Positions 1-9,382 of a stretch of DNA of 64,000 nucleotides are shown here, in pieces. The stretch spans positions 128,001 through 192,000 of the forward strand of contig OZ244999.1 in the NCBI GenBank assembly GCA_965223265.1, written 5' to 3'. This DNA comes from Planctomycetota bacterium (GTDB lineage: Bacteria > Planctomycetota > UBA8108 > SXIK01). Below the pieces are notes generated by a model. It saw only the letters and a list, made by a program, of their open reading frames with translations. It was not told where the DNA came from and made no database searches. The position numbers and the translations under genes were made by a program. Every line of letters starts with the position of its first letter. Positions within the stretch are counted from its first letter, which is position 1.

Positions 1-925
1 TGTCATCGTTTAGCGAACTGATCACCCATTCGCGCCAGCGCCAAGCATGCGGGCGGGCGCGGTCCTTCTCGTAGCCGTCGCTGTCAGCGTAGCGCGCCAT
101 GTCGAGCCAGTAGCGACCCCAGCGTTCACCGTAATGTGGGGAGGCGAGCAGGCGATCCACCAGGCGCTGGTATGCGAGCTGCGTGTGACCGCCTGTCGCT
201 TCCGATGCATCGGCGAGAAACTCTTCCACCTCGCCTGGAGTCGGGGGCAAGCCGGTGAGGTCGAGTGAGACACGGCGCAGCAAGGTTTCGAGCGGCGCCT
301 CAGGAGACGGCTCGATCGCCTCCCTCTCCAAGCCTTCGAGTACGAACGCATCGATCGGATTGTGGACCCATGCGTCGTTCTGGACGCGCGGGGGGAGTGG
401 GTCACGGATCGGCTGAAAGGCCCAGTGGTCGGGCGTGTGCCGCGCCGTCGTCTCTGGCTCTTCGGGCCACGCGGCGCCCTGATCGATCCACGCGCGGAGT
501 AGCGCTACGTCGCTCGCGCTCAAAGGCGCGCCTTCGCCCACCGGCGGCATTCGGTTTTCTTCACCCGCGGCACCGGCGACGAGATGAATCAATCGGCTTG
601 AGGCGCTCACGCCGGGAACGATCACCGTCCCACTGGTGCTACCTTCGAAGGCGCGTCGCTTGATGTCGAGGCGGAGGTCGGCGGCTTGTTCCTCGGCGCC
701 GTGACAAGAGACGCAGCGCGCACGCAGGAGAGGTTGAATGTCGCCGACAAAGTCGACCGGCCGTATTGCCGCTGGCGGGAGTTTGCCAAGGTCAACGTCG
801 TCGGCGCGATCCGCCGCAACGAACGCCGGATGGGGCGCCGCTGCGAGGAGGACCAGAAAAAAGGCGACAGCCCGAAACGTAAAAGGGCGCACTTCCCTCT
901 CTTGCTTGAACGAAGGTTGTGTCAT
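1..925 (-). CDS. Planctomycete cytochrome c (PSCyt1) + DUF1549 domain protein; 3' end runs off the window
   Basis: Manual translation from ATG 925: signal-like [12 protein letters not shown], then [20 protein letters not shown] (CxxCH), LRAWIDQGA, and [25 protein letters not shown]...[10 protein letters not shown] typical of DUF1549. Missing from the ORF track because no stop lies in the window. Confidence 0.9.
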   Translation of the reverse strand, partial: MTQPSFKQEREVRPFTFRAVAFFLVLLAAAPHPAFVAADRADDVDLGKLPPAAIRPVDFVGDIQPLLRARCVSCHGAEEQAADLRLDIKRRAFEGSTSGTVIVPGVSASSRLIHLVAGAAGEENRMPPVGEGAPLSASDVALLRAWIDQGAAWPEEPETTARHTPDHWAFQPIRDPLPPRVQNDAWVHNPIDAFVLEGLEREAIEPSPEAPLETLLRRVSLDLTGLPPTPGEVEEFLADASEATGGHTQLAYQRLVDRLLASPHYGERWGRYWLDMARYADSDGYEKDRARPHAWRWREWVISSLNDD

Positions 926-1091
926 TCCGCGGGCGTCATCTCCATTCAACGCCGTCCTGATTCAGCCGCGTGGGGCGCTCGCGGTGCATTTTACTCGCTG
1001 CTCAAGCGGCCTGGAAACCTGATGTCGCGGAAACCGAGCGCGGGAAGCTTTCCGGGCGATACTATGGTCGCTCGAGGGAAACTCTCAGGCG

Positions 1092-2132
1092 CTACGGTGA
1101 GGCGGGAGGGGCGAACTCGACCGGCGTCCAAGGAAGTTCGTTCGTGGTTCGAGGCTTGTACCGGCCACGTTGGATCGCCTTTTGCTTGTGGCGCTGAGCG
1201 GCTTGGTCCACGCCTGTGGGAGGATTCAACGCTCGGGAAAGAAAGCGGAATACCTCGGGGAAGCGCCATCTTTTCGAGTGTCCCACGTGAGCCGCACCCC
1301 GGTGGAGGTGGTAGTCGTGCTCGATCGCAGCATCGAAGAGCAGACGGTGGAGAAGTTCGACGGAGCGGTAGTTCCCGTTCGCATCCTCGTCGCCGACTTC
1401 GATGAGGAGCTGGAGATTCGACGATCGCAAAGTGGCTGCGTTGTCGATCACCATCGTCGGCGGGTGCGTGCTGCGCCAGAATGAGGGGTCGACGGGGTTG
1501 CCGAATCGTCTGCCGTGATTCGCCATGACCTCGGCACCAAAGTAGCTAATGTCCCAATCCTCCAATCGCAGAACGGCGGGGAACCCCGGCGCCATCGCCG
1601 CAGCCGCGGTGAATAACTCCGGGTGACGGAGAGCGATTCGGAGTACTCCCTGCGCTCCGAAAGAGCTGCCCGCGATGACCGTGCCGGCTCGATCTTGACG
1701 CACGTGGTAGTTCGTTCGCACGTGGTCGAGTAACTGTCCCGTGATGAACGTATCCCACTGATTCGTGCCGTCATGCCAATCGATGAAGAACGATGCTCCA
1801 GTCACAGGAGCGACGACGACGCAGGGCGTCAGGTCGCTGTTGACCCACGCTCTTTCAACGAAAGGTCGCAGGTGATTCTCGAGGTAGTCTTTCCCCGACG
1901 TTCCACCGTGCAGCCAGATGAAGAGAGGGAGAGGCTCACCAGCTTGGCTGTAGCCCGGTGGCAAAAGGATGTCTATGGCCGCAGGGCTCGGCACGAGCTT
2001 TGTCTCGAGTCGGAGGTTGATCAGTCTCCCGCGCGGCGTCGAACGTTGCCCCGTGGTCTGGCAGCAGGAGGAGTGAGGCGCTAGGAGGATCAACAGCGTC
2101 AACGCGTTGACATAGTTCGCCATAGTTCTCAT
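1092..2132 (-). CDS. Secreted alpha/beta-hydrolase, putative esterase family
   Basis: ILLPPGY, LHGG, GSSFG nucleophile elbow, VGDED and GAAH; hydrophobic N-terminus. Start moved to MRTMANY to avoid overlap with the SDR. Confidence 0.8.
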   Translation of the reverse strand: MRTMANYVNALTLLILLAPHSSCCQTTGQRSTPRGRLINLRLETKLVPSPAAIDILLPPGYSQAGEPLPLFIWLHGGTSGKDYLENHLRPFVERAWVNSDLTPCVVVAPVTGASFFIDWHDGTNQWDTFITGQLLDHVRTNYHVRQDRAGTVIAGSSFGAQGVLRIALRHPELFTAAAAMAPGFPAVLRLEDWDISYFGAEVMANHGRRFGNPVDPSFWRSTHPPTMVIDNAATLRSSNLQLLIEVGDEDANGNYRSVELLHRLLFDAAIEHDYHLHRGAAHVGHSKRWRFPEVFRFLSRALNPPTGVDQAAQRHKQKAIQRGRYKPRTTNELPWTPVEFAPPASP

Positions 2133-2211
2133 GGAAGTGCGCCTCGCCGCTGGGGCTGGCATCAGGAGCGCCGGGACAAGTTTTGCTCGGCGCTCTCGAG
2201 GCGGTGAGCTG

Positions 2212-2988
2212 TCAACAATTAACTCCCGAGGCGAGGAAACCCCCATCCACCGTGATGCATTGCCCGGTGATGTAACTCGCTCCGTCCGAAGCGAGCAGCA
2301 CCGCGGCGCCGACGAGCTCGCTCGCCTCGCCGAAACGTTTCATCGGCGTACGGAGCTTCAGTTCACGGCCGCGGTCGGTCTTCTCCAGGAGCTCGGCGTT
2401 CAGCTCGGTGGGAAAGACCCCTGGCGCGATCGCATTGACGCAGATTCCGTGTGGTGCCCACTCTACCGCGAGACTGCGCGTCAGCGACAACACTGCCGCC
2501 TTCGACGCGCTATAGCCTGTGACCTCGAAAAGTGACACGAATGAAGTTAACGACGCGATGTTGACGATGCGAGCGTGCTCGCTCTCTTTGAGCGCTGGAA
2601 AGAACGACTGACAGCAGCGCAGGATGCCCGTGAGATTCGTATTGAGAATGTCCTGCCATTCCGCTTCTTCGATCTCGTGGGTCGGCTTCTTGAGCATCTT
2701 GCCTGCGGCATTGACGAGGACGTCGACGTGACCGAATTCGGCGCGCACCGCGTCGCAAAGTGTATCGATGGAGGCTCGCGTGCCGACGTCTGTCGGCTGG
2801 CGCAGTGTCTTTCGACCGAGCCCTTCGATCTCGGTGCAAACCTCGTCTAATCGATCCGCTCGTCGTCCCGTCGGTACGACGTCCGCGCCTGCTTCTGCCA
2901 GGCCGAGGGCTATCGATCGCCCGAGCCCAGAGGTAGCACCTACGACAACTGCAACCCTGCCGGCGAGATCAAGGCATCGGTGACCCAT
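2212..2988 (-). CDS. SDR oxidoreductase, KduD/gluconate 5-dehydrogenase-like
   Basis: GATSGLG Rossmann motif, VLVNAAG, YSASK, VNAIAPG, ITVDGG; divergent from a KDG-kinase-like gene. Confidence 0.88.
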   Translation of the reverse strand: MGHRCLDLAGRVAVVVGATSGLGRSIALGLAEAGADVVPTGRRADRLDEVCTEIEGLGRKTLRQPTDVGTRASIDTLCDAVRAEFGHVDVLVNAAGKMLKKPTHEIEEAEWQDILNTNLTGILRCCQSFFPALKESEHARIVNIASLTSFVSLFEVTGYSASKAAVLSLTRSLAVEWAPHGICVNAIAPGVFPTELNAELLEKTDRGRELKLRTPMKRFGEASELVGAAVLLASDGASYITGQCITVDGGFLASGVNC

Positions 2989-3174
2989 GGCTGGAGAACC
3001 CTTTCAAACGTGCATGTGTTGTCTGGTTAGAAGTTCGGCACCCCTGTGCGTCGACGCGCCGATTTTCGCGCACTCCTTTCCGCGAGCGTTGCGGTATATT
3101 GAGCGACGTCGGCGCCGAACTCGGCGAAGAGCCTACACGATCCGAGACCATCATGACAGGGAGACCACGGCAGA

Positions 3175-4248
3175 ATGAAATACGGCCTCAATATCAGAGA
3201 GGAAGGCGCGCTCGACTTTTTATCCCTGGGCGCCCTTGTCCACCGATTGGACCCGGGGATCATTCCCTTTCGCAAGGCGTCCGAGTGCGCCATTCACGTC
3301 AGCGGCGGCGAGTTCAACTGCGCGGCGAATCTGGCGGACTGTTTCGGCATGCGCACCGGCATGGCAACAGCGATGGTCGACTATCCCATCGGCGCTTTAA
3401 TCGCCGAGCGAGTGCGCGCCATGGGGGTCAAGCCGTTCTACAAACATTTCGAACACAACGGTGTGACCGGGCCGAATATGGCAGCCGTTCTCAGCGACCG
3501 CGGCCAAGGCGTGCGTGCGCCGGTGGTGTTTTACAACCGTTCGAACGAAGCCGCGGCACAGCTGAAACCTGGCGACTTCGACTGGCAGGCGATCTTTGCC
3601 GGCGGCGTGCGTTGGTTTCATAGCGGTGGAATCTTCGCGGCGCTGTCGGGGACGACATCGGACGTGATCGTCGAAGCGATGCAGGCGGCAAAAGCCGCTG
3701 GCGCGATCGTATCGTTCGACCTCAACTTTCGCGCCAAGCTCTGGAAGGTTTTTGGCGGTGAGGATCAATCCGTCTCGATCATGCGGCGCATTGTCGAAAA
3801 CGTCGATGTTCTCGTCGGCAACGAAGAGGATCTCCAGAAGGGTCTCGGTATTCCGGGCCCTGAAGTAGCGACGAAGTCGAAGCTCGACCCGAGCGTTTTC
3901 TTCGGCATGATCGGCCAGGTGAAGGAACGGTACCCGCAGGTCAAGATTGTCGCCACGACGCTACGCGATGTTCAGTCGACGAATCGACATCGCTGGAGCG
4001 CCGTTGCATGGATCGATGGCAAGACCTACGAGGCGCCGACGTGTGATCTCGATGTCTATGACCGCGTCGGCGGGGGCGACGGGTTCGCGTCGGGGTTCTT
4101 CTACGGTTTGCTCACAGGTGAAGCTCCGCAGGAGGCCCTTCGGCTCGGTTGGGCCCATGGTGCTCTCATCACGACGTTCCCCGGCGACACGACGATGGCG
4201 ACTGTCGAGCAAGTGAGGAACTTCGGCTCATCGCGCATTCAGCGGTGA
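3175..4248 (+). CDS. kdgK: PfkB-family sugar kinase, 2-dehydro-3-deoxygluconokinase-like
   Basis: GGEFNCA, SFDLNFRAKLW, GNEED, DRVGGGDGFASG. Confidence 0.8.
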   Translation: MKYGLNIREEGALDFLSLGALVHRLDPGIIPFRKASECAIHVSGGEFNCAANLADCFGMRTGMATAMVDYPIGALIAERVRAMGVKPFYKHFEHNGVTGPNMAAVLSDRGQGVRAPVVFYNRSNEAAAQLKPGDFDWQAIFAGGVRWFHSGGIFAALSGTTSDVIVEAMQAAKAAGAIVSFDLNFRAKLWKVFGGEDQSVSIMRRIVENVDVLVGNEEDLQKGLGIPGPEVATKSKLDPSVFFGMIGQVKERYPQVKIVATTLRDVQSTNRHRWSAVAWIDGKTYEAPTCDLDVYDRVGGGDGFASGFFYGLLTGEAPQEALRLGWAHGALITTFPGDTTMATVEQVRNFGSSRIQR

Positions 4249-4606
4249 CGCGGTCCCCCAACGTGTCCAGAGAGTCGTGAACCTCACTTTTTCGTGTCCG
4301 GAGAGAGTTGTGTTTGCGGATCCTCCGCAAGCGTTGCGCCGCGCTGAGAAGGCACTATGATTCAGGGTGCGCGCCATGCGCAAGATTGGCGGCGCGGTAC
4401 GGCGTGAGCGGAGAGCGCGTGTTGGCACGGGTGCCGACGGGAGTCGTTTTCGTCACCGAGCCGCGTGGGTGGACATCGGTCGGAATGTTTGTTTCGTGAT
4501 TTGGCAGTTGCCCGGTGAATCGTTGTGGGAGACGCGCATTGTGGGGGATATAGTGGAAGACGACCGTCGTTCTATACGCGTTGCGAAGGAGCGCGAAAGG
4601 GGGATT

Positions 4607-5641
4607 ATGAGTTTGTCGTCCGTGAAGCCTGGGGAGATCGAGTACCCCGAAACCGACGGCAAGCCCATGGCTGAGACGGACCGTCATCGCGACTTGATGG
4701 TCGATCTCATCGCGGCGGCTCGCTACCACTTTCAGCATGATGCCGAGGTCTACATCAGCGGCAACCTGCTTCTCTATTACGTCGAGGGGGATCCGCGCAA
4801 GTGTGTGGCGCCCGATTTCTTCTTCGTGCGTGGCGTGACGCCTGGCCAGAGGCGTATTTACAAGCTCTGGGAGGAAGGCGTGGTGCCGCAATTGGTGGTC
4901 GAGTTGACGTCGAGGAAAACTCACCGCGAGGATCTCGGCGACAAACGCAGGCTCTACGAAGAGCTCGGGGTGTTGGAGTACTACCTCTTTGACCCGGAAG
5001 GCGTTCGTTTTCGACCACCGCTTCAGGGGTTTCGCCGTCAGTCGGATGGATTCCGCGCGGTCCAGGCAGAGGCGCGTGCTGACGGTAGCTACGTTTTTTC
5101 GAGTAGGGTGTTGGGACTCGAACTCCACGGTCGTGGGGACACGCTCAGGTTTGTCGACCCAGAGCGTGGCGAGCCCGTGCCGGTCTTTGACGACTTTGTG
5201 AGGATCGCTGCCGAGGAGCGCCGCCGCGCTGACTTCGAACGACGACGCGCCGATGCGGAGGGGCAGCGTGCAGACGAGGAAGGCCAACGCGCGGACGCAG
5301 CGAGCCAACGCGCCAATGAAGAGTGTCAACGCGCTAACGTGGAGAGTCAGCGTGCCGACTCGGAAAGTCAGCGCGCCGATGCGGAGAGTCAGCGTGCCGA
5401 CGCGGAAAGTCAGCGCGCCGATGCGGAGAGTCAGCGTGCCGACGCGGAAAGTCAGCGCGCCGATGCGGAGAGTCAGCGTGCCGACGCGGAAAGTCGACGT
5501 GCCGATGCGGAAAGGCAGCGTGCCGATGCGCTCGAGAAAGCCGCCGCGGCCGCGAGGGAGCGAGAGCAGACGATGGCTGCAGAAGTCGCACGACTCCGCG
5601 CTCAAGTCGATCAATCCACTGGCGAGGATCACCCTGCCTGA
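4607..5641 (+). CDS. Uma2/DUF820 family PD-(D/E)xK nuclease with C-terminal heptad coiled-coil tail
   Basis: YPETDGKPMAET, VAPDFF, PQLVVELTS, KRRLYEELGVLEYYLFDP; start placed at ATG 4607. Confidence 0.9.
   Translation: MSLSSVKPGEIEYPETDGKPMAETDRHRDLMVDLIAAARYHFQHDAEVYISGNLLLYYVEGDPRKCVAPDFFFVRGVTPGQRRIYKLWEEGVVPQLVVELTSRKTHREDLGDKRRLYEELGVLEYYLFDPEGVRFRPPLQGFRRQSDGFRAVQAEARADGSYVFSSRVLGLELHGRGDTLRFVDPERGEPVPVFDDFVRIAAEERRRADFERRRADAEGQRADEEGQRADAASQRANEECQRANVESQRADSESQRADAESQRADAESQRADAESQRADAESQRADAESQRADAESRRADAERQRADALEKAAAAAREREQTMAAEVARLRAQVDQSTGEDHPA
5225..5539 (+). repeat. Intragenic 21-bp tandem repeat (15 RADAESQ-type heptads) with a near-perfect 42-bp higher-order core at ~5341-5495
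   Basis: Direct reading: GGAGAGTCAGCGTGCCGAC(T/G)CGGAAAGTCAGCGCGCCGATGC repeated. Confidence 0.95.
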
Positions 5642-5672
5642 CCGGTCTCTCTCGAAGCTTCACGAACGCTGG

Positions 5673-6668
5673 TCAATTGAAGGGCCGCACCAGCGTGGCA
5701 ACGCATTCTCCCTGCTTGGTGCGCGGAATAGCGCGGCGTCCCATCACGATCCCGTCCGTCGCGGCGGCGACAGGGTGCGGATCGCGCGCGGGCTCCTCGA
5801 TAAAGTGGATTTGGCCAATGGCCTGACCGGCGGCGACCGCATCGCCGAGCTCGATGAATGGTTCAAGGAGGCCAGAGACGGGGGCCATGATGTAATCGCC
5901 GCGTTCGGTGGCTCCGACGACTTGTGGTGTCGTTTTGGGTGGCTGCGGTTCGCCGCTGAGAATACCGAAGTGGCGAAGAACGTTGCGAACTCCTGACTGG
6001 GTCAACGAGAGTGTCTCGACGCCAAACTGCGCCTTGCTTCCCATTTCCGTCCCAAGCGTGATCTTTCCGAGGCTCTCCGCATAGCCGGGCAGTAAACCCG
6101 TACCGCCCACGTCACGGTAAACGAAGACGTACGGGGCTCCCCACGCGACAGCGGCATTCACCATGGCTTCCATCTGCCGGTCGTCCGGCACCTGATGCAT
6201 GTTGACCGACGGCAAGAACAGGGTTGAGCTGCCGCCCGAGTGGACGTCGATGACGATCTCAGTCAGAGGAAACAGAACGCTCGAGACGTAGTGCGCGATC
6301 ATTCCGGTGAGCGTGTCGTCTTCGCGGCCTGGGAAGGCGCGGTTCATGTTGCGGCCGTCGATGGGCGACAGACGAGTTCCAGCATCGATGGCTGGTCGGT
6401 TCAGCATCGGGACGATGATCAAACGTCCCGTGACATCTTCCGGCTGTAAGCTCCGCATGAGTTTGAGGAGAGCGACGGGTCCTTCGAATTCGTCACCATG
6501 GTTGCCGCCAAATAGGAGTGCCGTTCGCCCTGGGCCGTTTTTGATCACTGCGATTGGAATAAACTCCGTCGCCCATCCCGAGCTGTTCGTCGACTGCGGC
6601 ACACCGAGATGACCGATCTGTTTGCCGTCTTGTTCGAAGTCGACATCGGTGAAAACTTGAGTCGTCAC
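5673..6668 (-). CDS. Succinylglutamate desuccinylase/aspartoacylase (M14) deacylase, DoeB-like
   Basis: GGNHGDEFEG, NMNRAFPG, IDVHSGG, biotinyl-like C-terminal domain. Confidence 0.88.
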   Translation of the reverse strand: MTTQVFTDVDFEQDGKQIGHLGVPQSTNSSGWATEFIPIAVIKNGPGRTALLFGGNHGDEFEGPVALLKLMRSLQPEDVTGRLIIVPMLNRPAIDAGTRLSPIDGRNMNRAFPGREDDTLTGMIAHYVSSVLFPLTEIVIDVHSGGSSTLFLPSVNMHQVPDDRQMEAMVNAAVAWGAPYVFVYRDVGGTGLLPGYAESLGKITLGTEMGSKAQFGVETLSLTQSGVRNVLRHFGILSGEPQPPKTTPQVVGATERGDYIMAPVSGLLEPFIELGDAVAAGQAIGQIHFIEEPARDPHPVAAATDGIVMGRRAIPRTKQGECVATLVRPFN

Positions 6669-6674
6669 TGTGGT

Positions 6675-7721
6675 CTATCTCAGGTAGTAGGGTTCGAACG
6701 AAAAGACATGTGGATCTTCGGTGTCGACTGTAATGACGACGCCGGCGACTTCTGGCGCGCCGAAAACTTCGAGGCGTGTGAAATGCAAGAAACGTCGGCG
6801 CGTCTGCGTGTCGCGGAGCGGTTTGTCGATGCGGAAGTAGTGTGTATCACCGTGGACGCATAAGAGCGGGCGGTCTGTACGACGTGCGAACGCTTCGATG
6901 GTCTCGACGAATTTCTGGTGCCCGGAATGGGTTCTCTGCTCGAAGTCGGGGTTGGCGTGAATCACAACAACGACGCCGGAAGCACGACGCTCGATGGCTT
7001 GTGTGAAGCTTTCTTTCAGAAACTTCACCGTGGCCTGATCGCGCGCCTTGAATTCCTGCATCATAGCCGGGCTCTCCTCGTTGCGGCCGTTGTTGCTGCC
7101 AGCCACGTGAGCGACAACGAAGAGAACGCCGCTCTTGAAGAAGCGGAAGTTTTCCGTGTAGAGCTCGTGTTGCGGTTGCTCGCTCTGATGCTCTGCACCA
7201 AGAGCGGCGAGCCGCAGCACGTCCGGATCCGCGAACATGAGCTGTCGTAACTTCACCAGCCGCTCGACCGGGTCGAAGCTGCCGGCGGCCTCACCACCGC
7301 AATCGGTCCACTCGTTGTCACCCGGCGTGTACACGATCGGCGTCGGATAACTGCGGAACAGATCTCGCGTCGCTTCGAGACGTGCGTCTGAGCATGGCTC
7401 ACCTTGGCCTTTGATGTCGCCGACGTGAATCAAGAAGTCGAAATCGTCGTCGGCCGCCTGCTTCAGGAATTTCTTGAACCGAACGGTTTGCTCCTCTGAG
7501 TAGGGGGCGTCTCCAGTAGCAAGTATGCGAAGGACTCGGTGGCGGTGCCCCGAGCAGCCGCTCGCACCAAACGCCGCCGCCAGGAACACGGCAATCGAGA
7601 TGGTTTGCAGAAGGGAAATGATTCGAAGTTTCTTTCTTTCTCTCACGAGCACGCTCCCAGGACGAATCGCGAAACGGTTGGGATGATCGCTGCAACACAG
7701 TGTTTTCGTCGGCGGCCTCAC
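6675..7721 (-). CDS. Calcineurin-like metallophosphoesterase, probably exported or lipoprotein; start uncertain
   Basis: GDAPY, HVGDIK, TPGDNEWTDC, HGDTH; ASGC after a hydrophobic stretch. Confidence 0.82.
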   Translation of the reverse strand: MRPPTKTLCCSDHPNRFAIRPGSVLVRERKKLRIISLLQTISIAVFLAAAFGASGCSGHRHRVLRILATGDAPYSEEQTVRFKKFLKQAADDDFDFLIHVGDIKGQGEPCSDARLEATRDLFRSYPTPIVYTPGDNEWTDCGGEAAGSFDPVERLVKLRQLMFADPDVLRLAALGAEHQSEQPQHELYTENFRFFKSGVLFVVAHVAGSNNGRNEESPAMMQEFKARDQATVKFLKESFTQAIERRASGVVVVIHANPDFEQRTHSGHQKFVETIEAFARRTDRPLLCVHGDTHYFRIDKPLRDTQTRRRFLHFTRLEVFGAPEVAGVVITVDTEDPHVFSFEPYYLR

Positions 7722-7900
7722 GATGTGATCAGTCGCATGTCAGGCGACAGGCAGCTCGGTGGGTCGCGAACAAGAACGCGCCATTATCTCCGTCGCTGCG
7801 GGACCTGAAAAGGGAAAGCACGTCGAGAGGCATGAAAAGCGTCGCGGCTGATCTGGACGCGAAGCAACCAGTGTTCAGCTCGAAGCGCTTTTCGAGGCTG

Positions 7901-9373
7901 CTAAGCCAGTATCTCGTGCACGACGCGACCGTGGACGTCCGTGAGGCTGACGTCGCGGCCGCCGAAACGGTACGTCAGGCGCTGATGGTCGATTCCCAGC
8001 TGGTGCAGGATCGTGGCATGGACGTCATGGATCGTGAGCGTGTCCTGGACGACTGAGTTGCCGAAATCATCCGTCTCGCCGAACGCGAAGCCACCGCGGA
8101 ACCCACCGCCGGCCAGAAAGATCGAGTATCCGTTGACGTGATGGTCGCGCCCACAAGTGGGAGTGATCTTCGGGGTGTGAGGTGTGCGCCCCATCTCACC
8201 TGCCCAGACGACAATGGTCTCGTCAAGGAGCCCGCGGCACTTCAGATCTTGAATCAACGCCGCGACCGCCTGCTCCGTGATCATGGCGTTCTCGGTGTGA
8301 TACTTTTTCAGCTTTCCGTGTTGATCCCACGGTGAGTTGTTGGCATGCGTCACGGGGCAGGTGATCTCGACGAAGCGTACGCCGCGCTCCACGAGACGGC
8401 GAGCGCGCAAACACTGAAGCGAGTAGTAGCGCTTGTACTCGTTGGTAGTATCGAGGCCGTAAAGTTTGCGGACGCTCTCCGGTTCATTGTCAACCTCGCC
8501 GACTTCAGGCACAGCGCTCTGCAGTCGAAACGCTCTCTCGTAGTTGCGGATCGCTGACTCGATCAAGCCGCGAGGGTCGTCCTTAGCCCCGAACTCTCGG
8601 TCCTGAGTGCGTAAAAGATCCAGCTTGCGGCGTTGGATGGCGACGGAATCTGCGGGAGCGATGTTGTCCACCGGAGCGCCGCGCGCGCGGAATTTCGTCG
8701 CCGCATGGGTCGCGGGAAGAAATGCACTCGAGAAGTTTTCAAAGCCGCCGTTCGGGATCCAGTCGTTGTTGAGGAGAACGTAGCCCGGCAGATCCGCGTT
8801 GTCCGTGCCGAGACCGTACGAGACCCAAGAGCCTAGACTCGGTGCACGTCCAGTCTCACGACCAGTGTGCAGGAGAAGATTCTGCTGACCATGCAGCGGT
8901 TGTTTGCCCACGAGCGACCGCAGGACGCAGATGTCGTCCGCGATCTCGGCGATATGCGGAAATAGGTCGCTCACCCACAGGCCGCTGTCGCCGCGGCGGC
9001 GAAAGCGCCAGGGGCTACCGAGCCAGACACGATGCGCAGCACTCTGCGATAATTTCGACACGGCGCTGTTGCCGATCTGCTTGCCTTCGTATCGCGTCAG
9101 CAGCGGCTTGTGATCGAAAGTGTCGACGTGGCTCGGTCCACCGTCCATGAAGCAGAAAATCACGCGCTTGGCGCGCTGCGCGTGATGCGGCGCGCCGCCG
9201 GTCATGCTCAAACCGGCGTAGCTGCGGTCGGCCATGAGGCTGGCGAGCGCCAAGAGGCCGAAACCGTTCGACGAGTGTTTGAGGAAATCGCGGCGGGTCG
9301 TTGCTGCTGTAACCGACCCGGGACAGACGTCGTGTCGTGACGGAAATGTTGTGTTCACGTGAGCGAGTTTCAA
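7901..9373 (-). CDS. DUF1501 domain protein with Tat-like signal
   Basis: TRRDFLK, AKRVIFCFMDGGPSHVDTFD, ARRLVERGVRFV, WDQH, GEMGRTP, GRDHH, DVHATILHQLG. Confidence 0.93.
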   Translation of the reverse strand: MKLAHVNTTFPSRHDVCPGSVTAATTRRDFLKHSSNGFGLLALASLMADRSYAGLSMTGGAPHHAQRAKRVIFCFMDGGPSHVDTFDHKPLLTRYEGKQIGNSAVSKLSQSAAHRVWLGSPWRFRRRGDSGLWVSDLFPHIAEIADDICVLRSLVGKQPLHGQQNLLLHTGRETGRAPSLGSWVSYGLGTDNADLPGYVLLNNDWIPNGGFENFSSAFLPATHAATKFRARGAPVDNIAPADSVAIQRRKLDLLRTQDREFGAKDDPRGLIESAIRNYERAFRLQSAVPEVGEVDNEPESVRKLYGLDTTNEYKRYYSLQCLRARRLVERGVRFVEITCPVTHANNSPWDQHGKLKKYHTENAMITEQAVAALIQDLKCRGLLDETIVVWAGEMGRTPHTPKITPTCGRDHHVNGYSIFLAGGGFRGGFAFGETDDFGNSVVQDTLTIHDVHATILHQLGIDHQRLTYRFGGRDVSLTDVHGRVVHEILA

Positions 9374-9382
9374 CGTTGACGA

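Noticed and set aside
22-405. 127-aa ORF from the track
   Set aside because: Alternative frame of the DUF1549 gene that runs off the window edge.
1-925. Second PSCyt paralog as another att target
   Set aside because: The equivalent motif reads DFVGDIQP and lacks the 16-bp core.
4355-5632. 425-aa minus-strand ORF with hydrophobic repeats
   Set aside because: Antisense shadow of the Uma2 heptad repeat.
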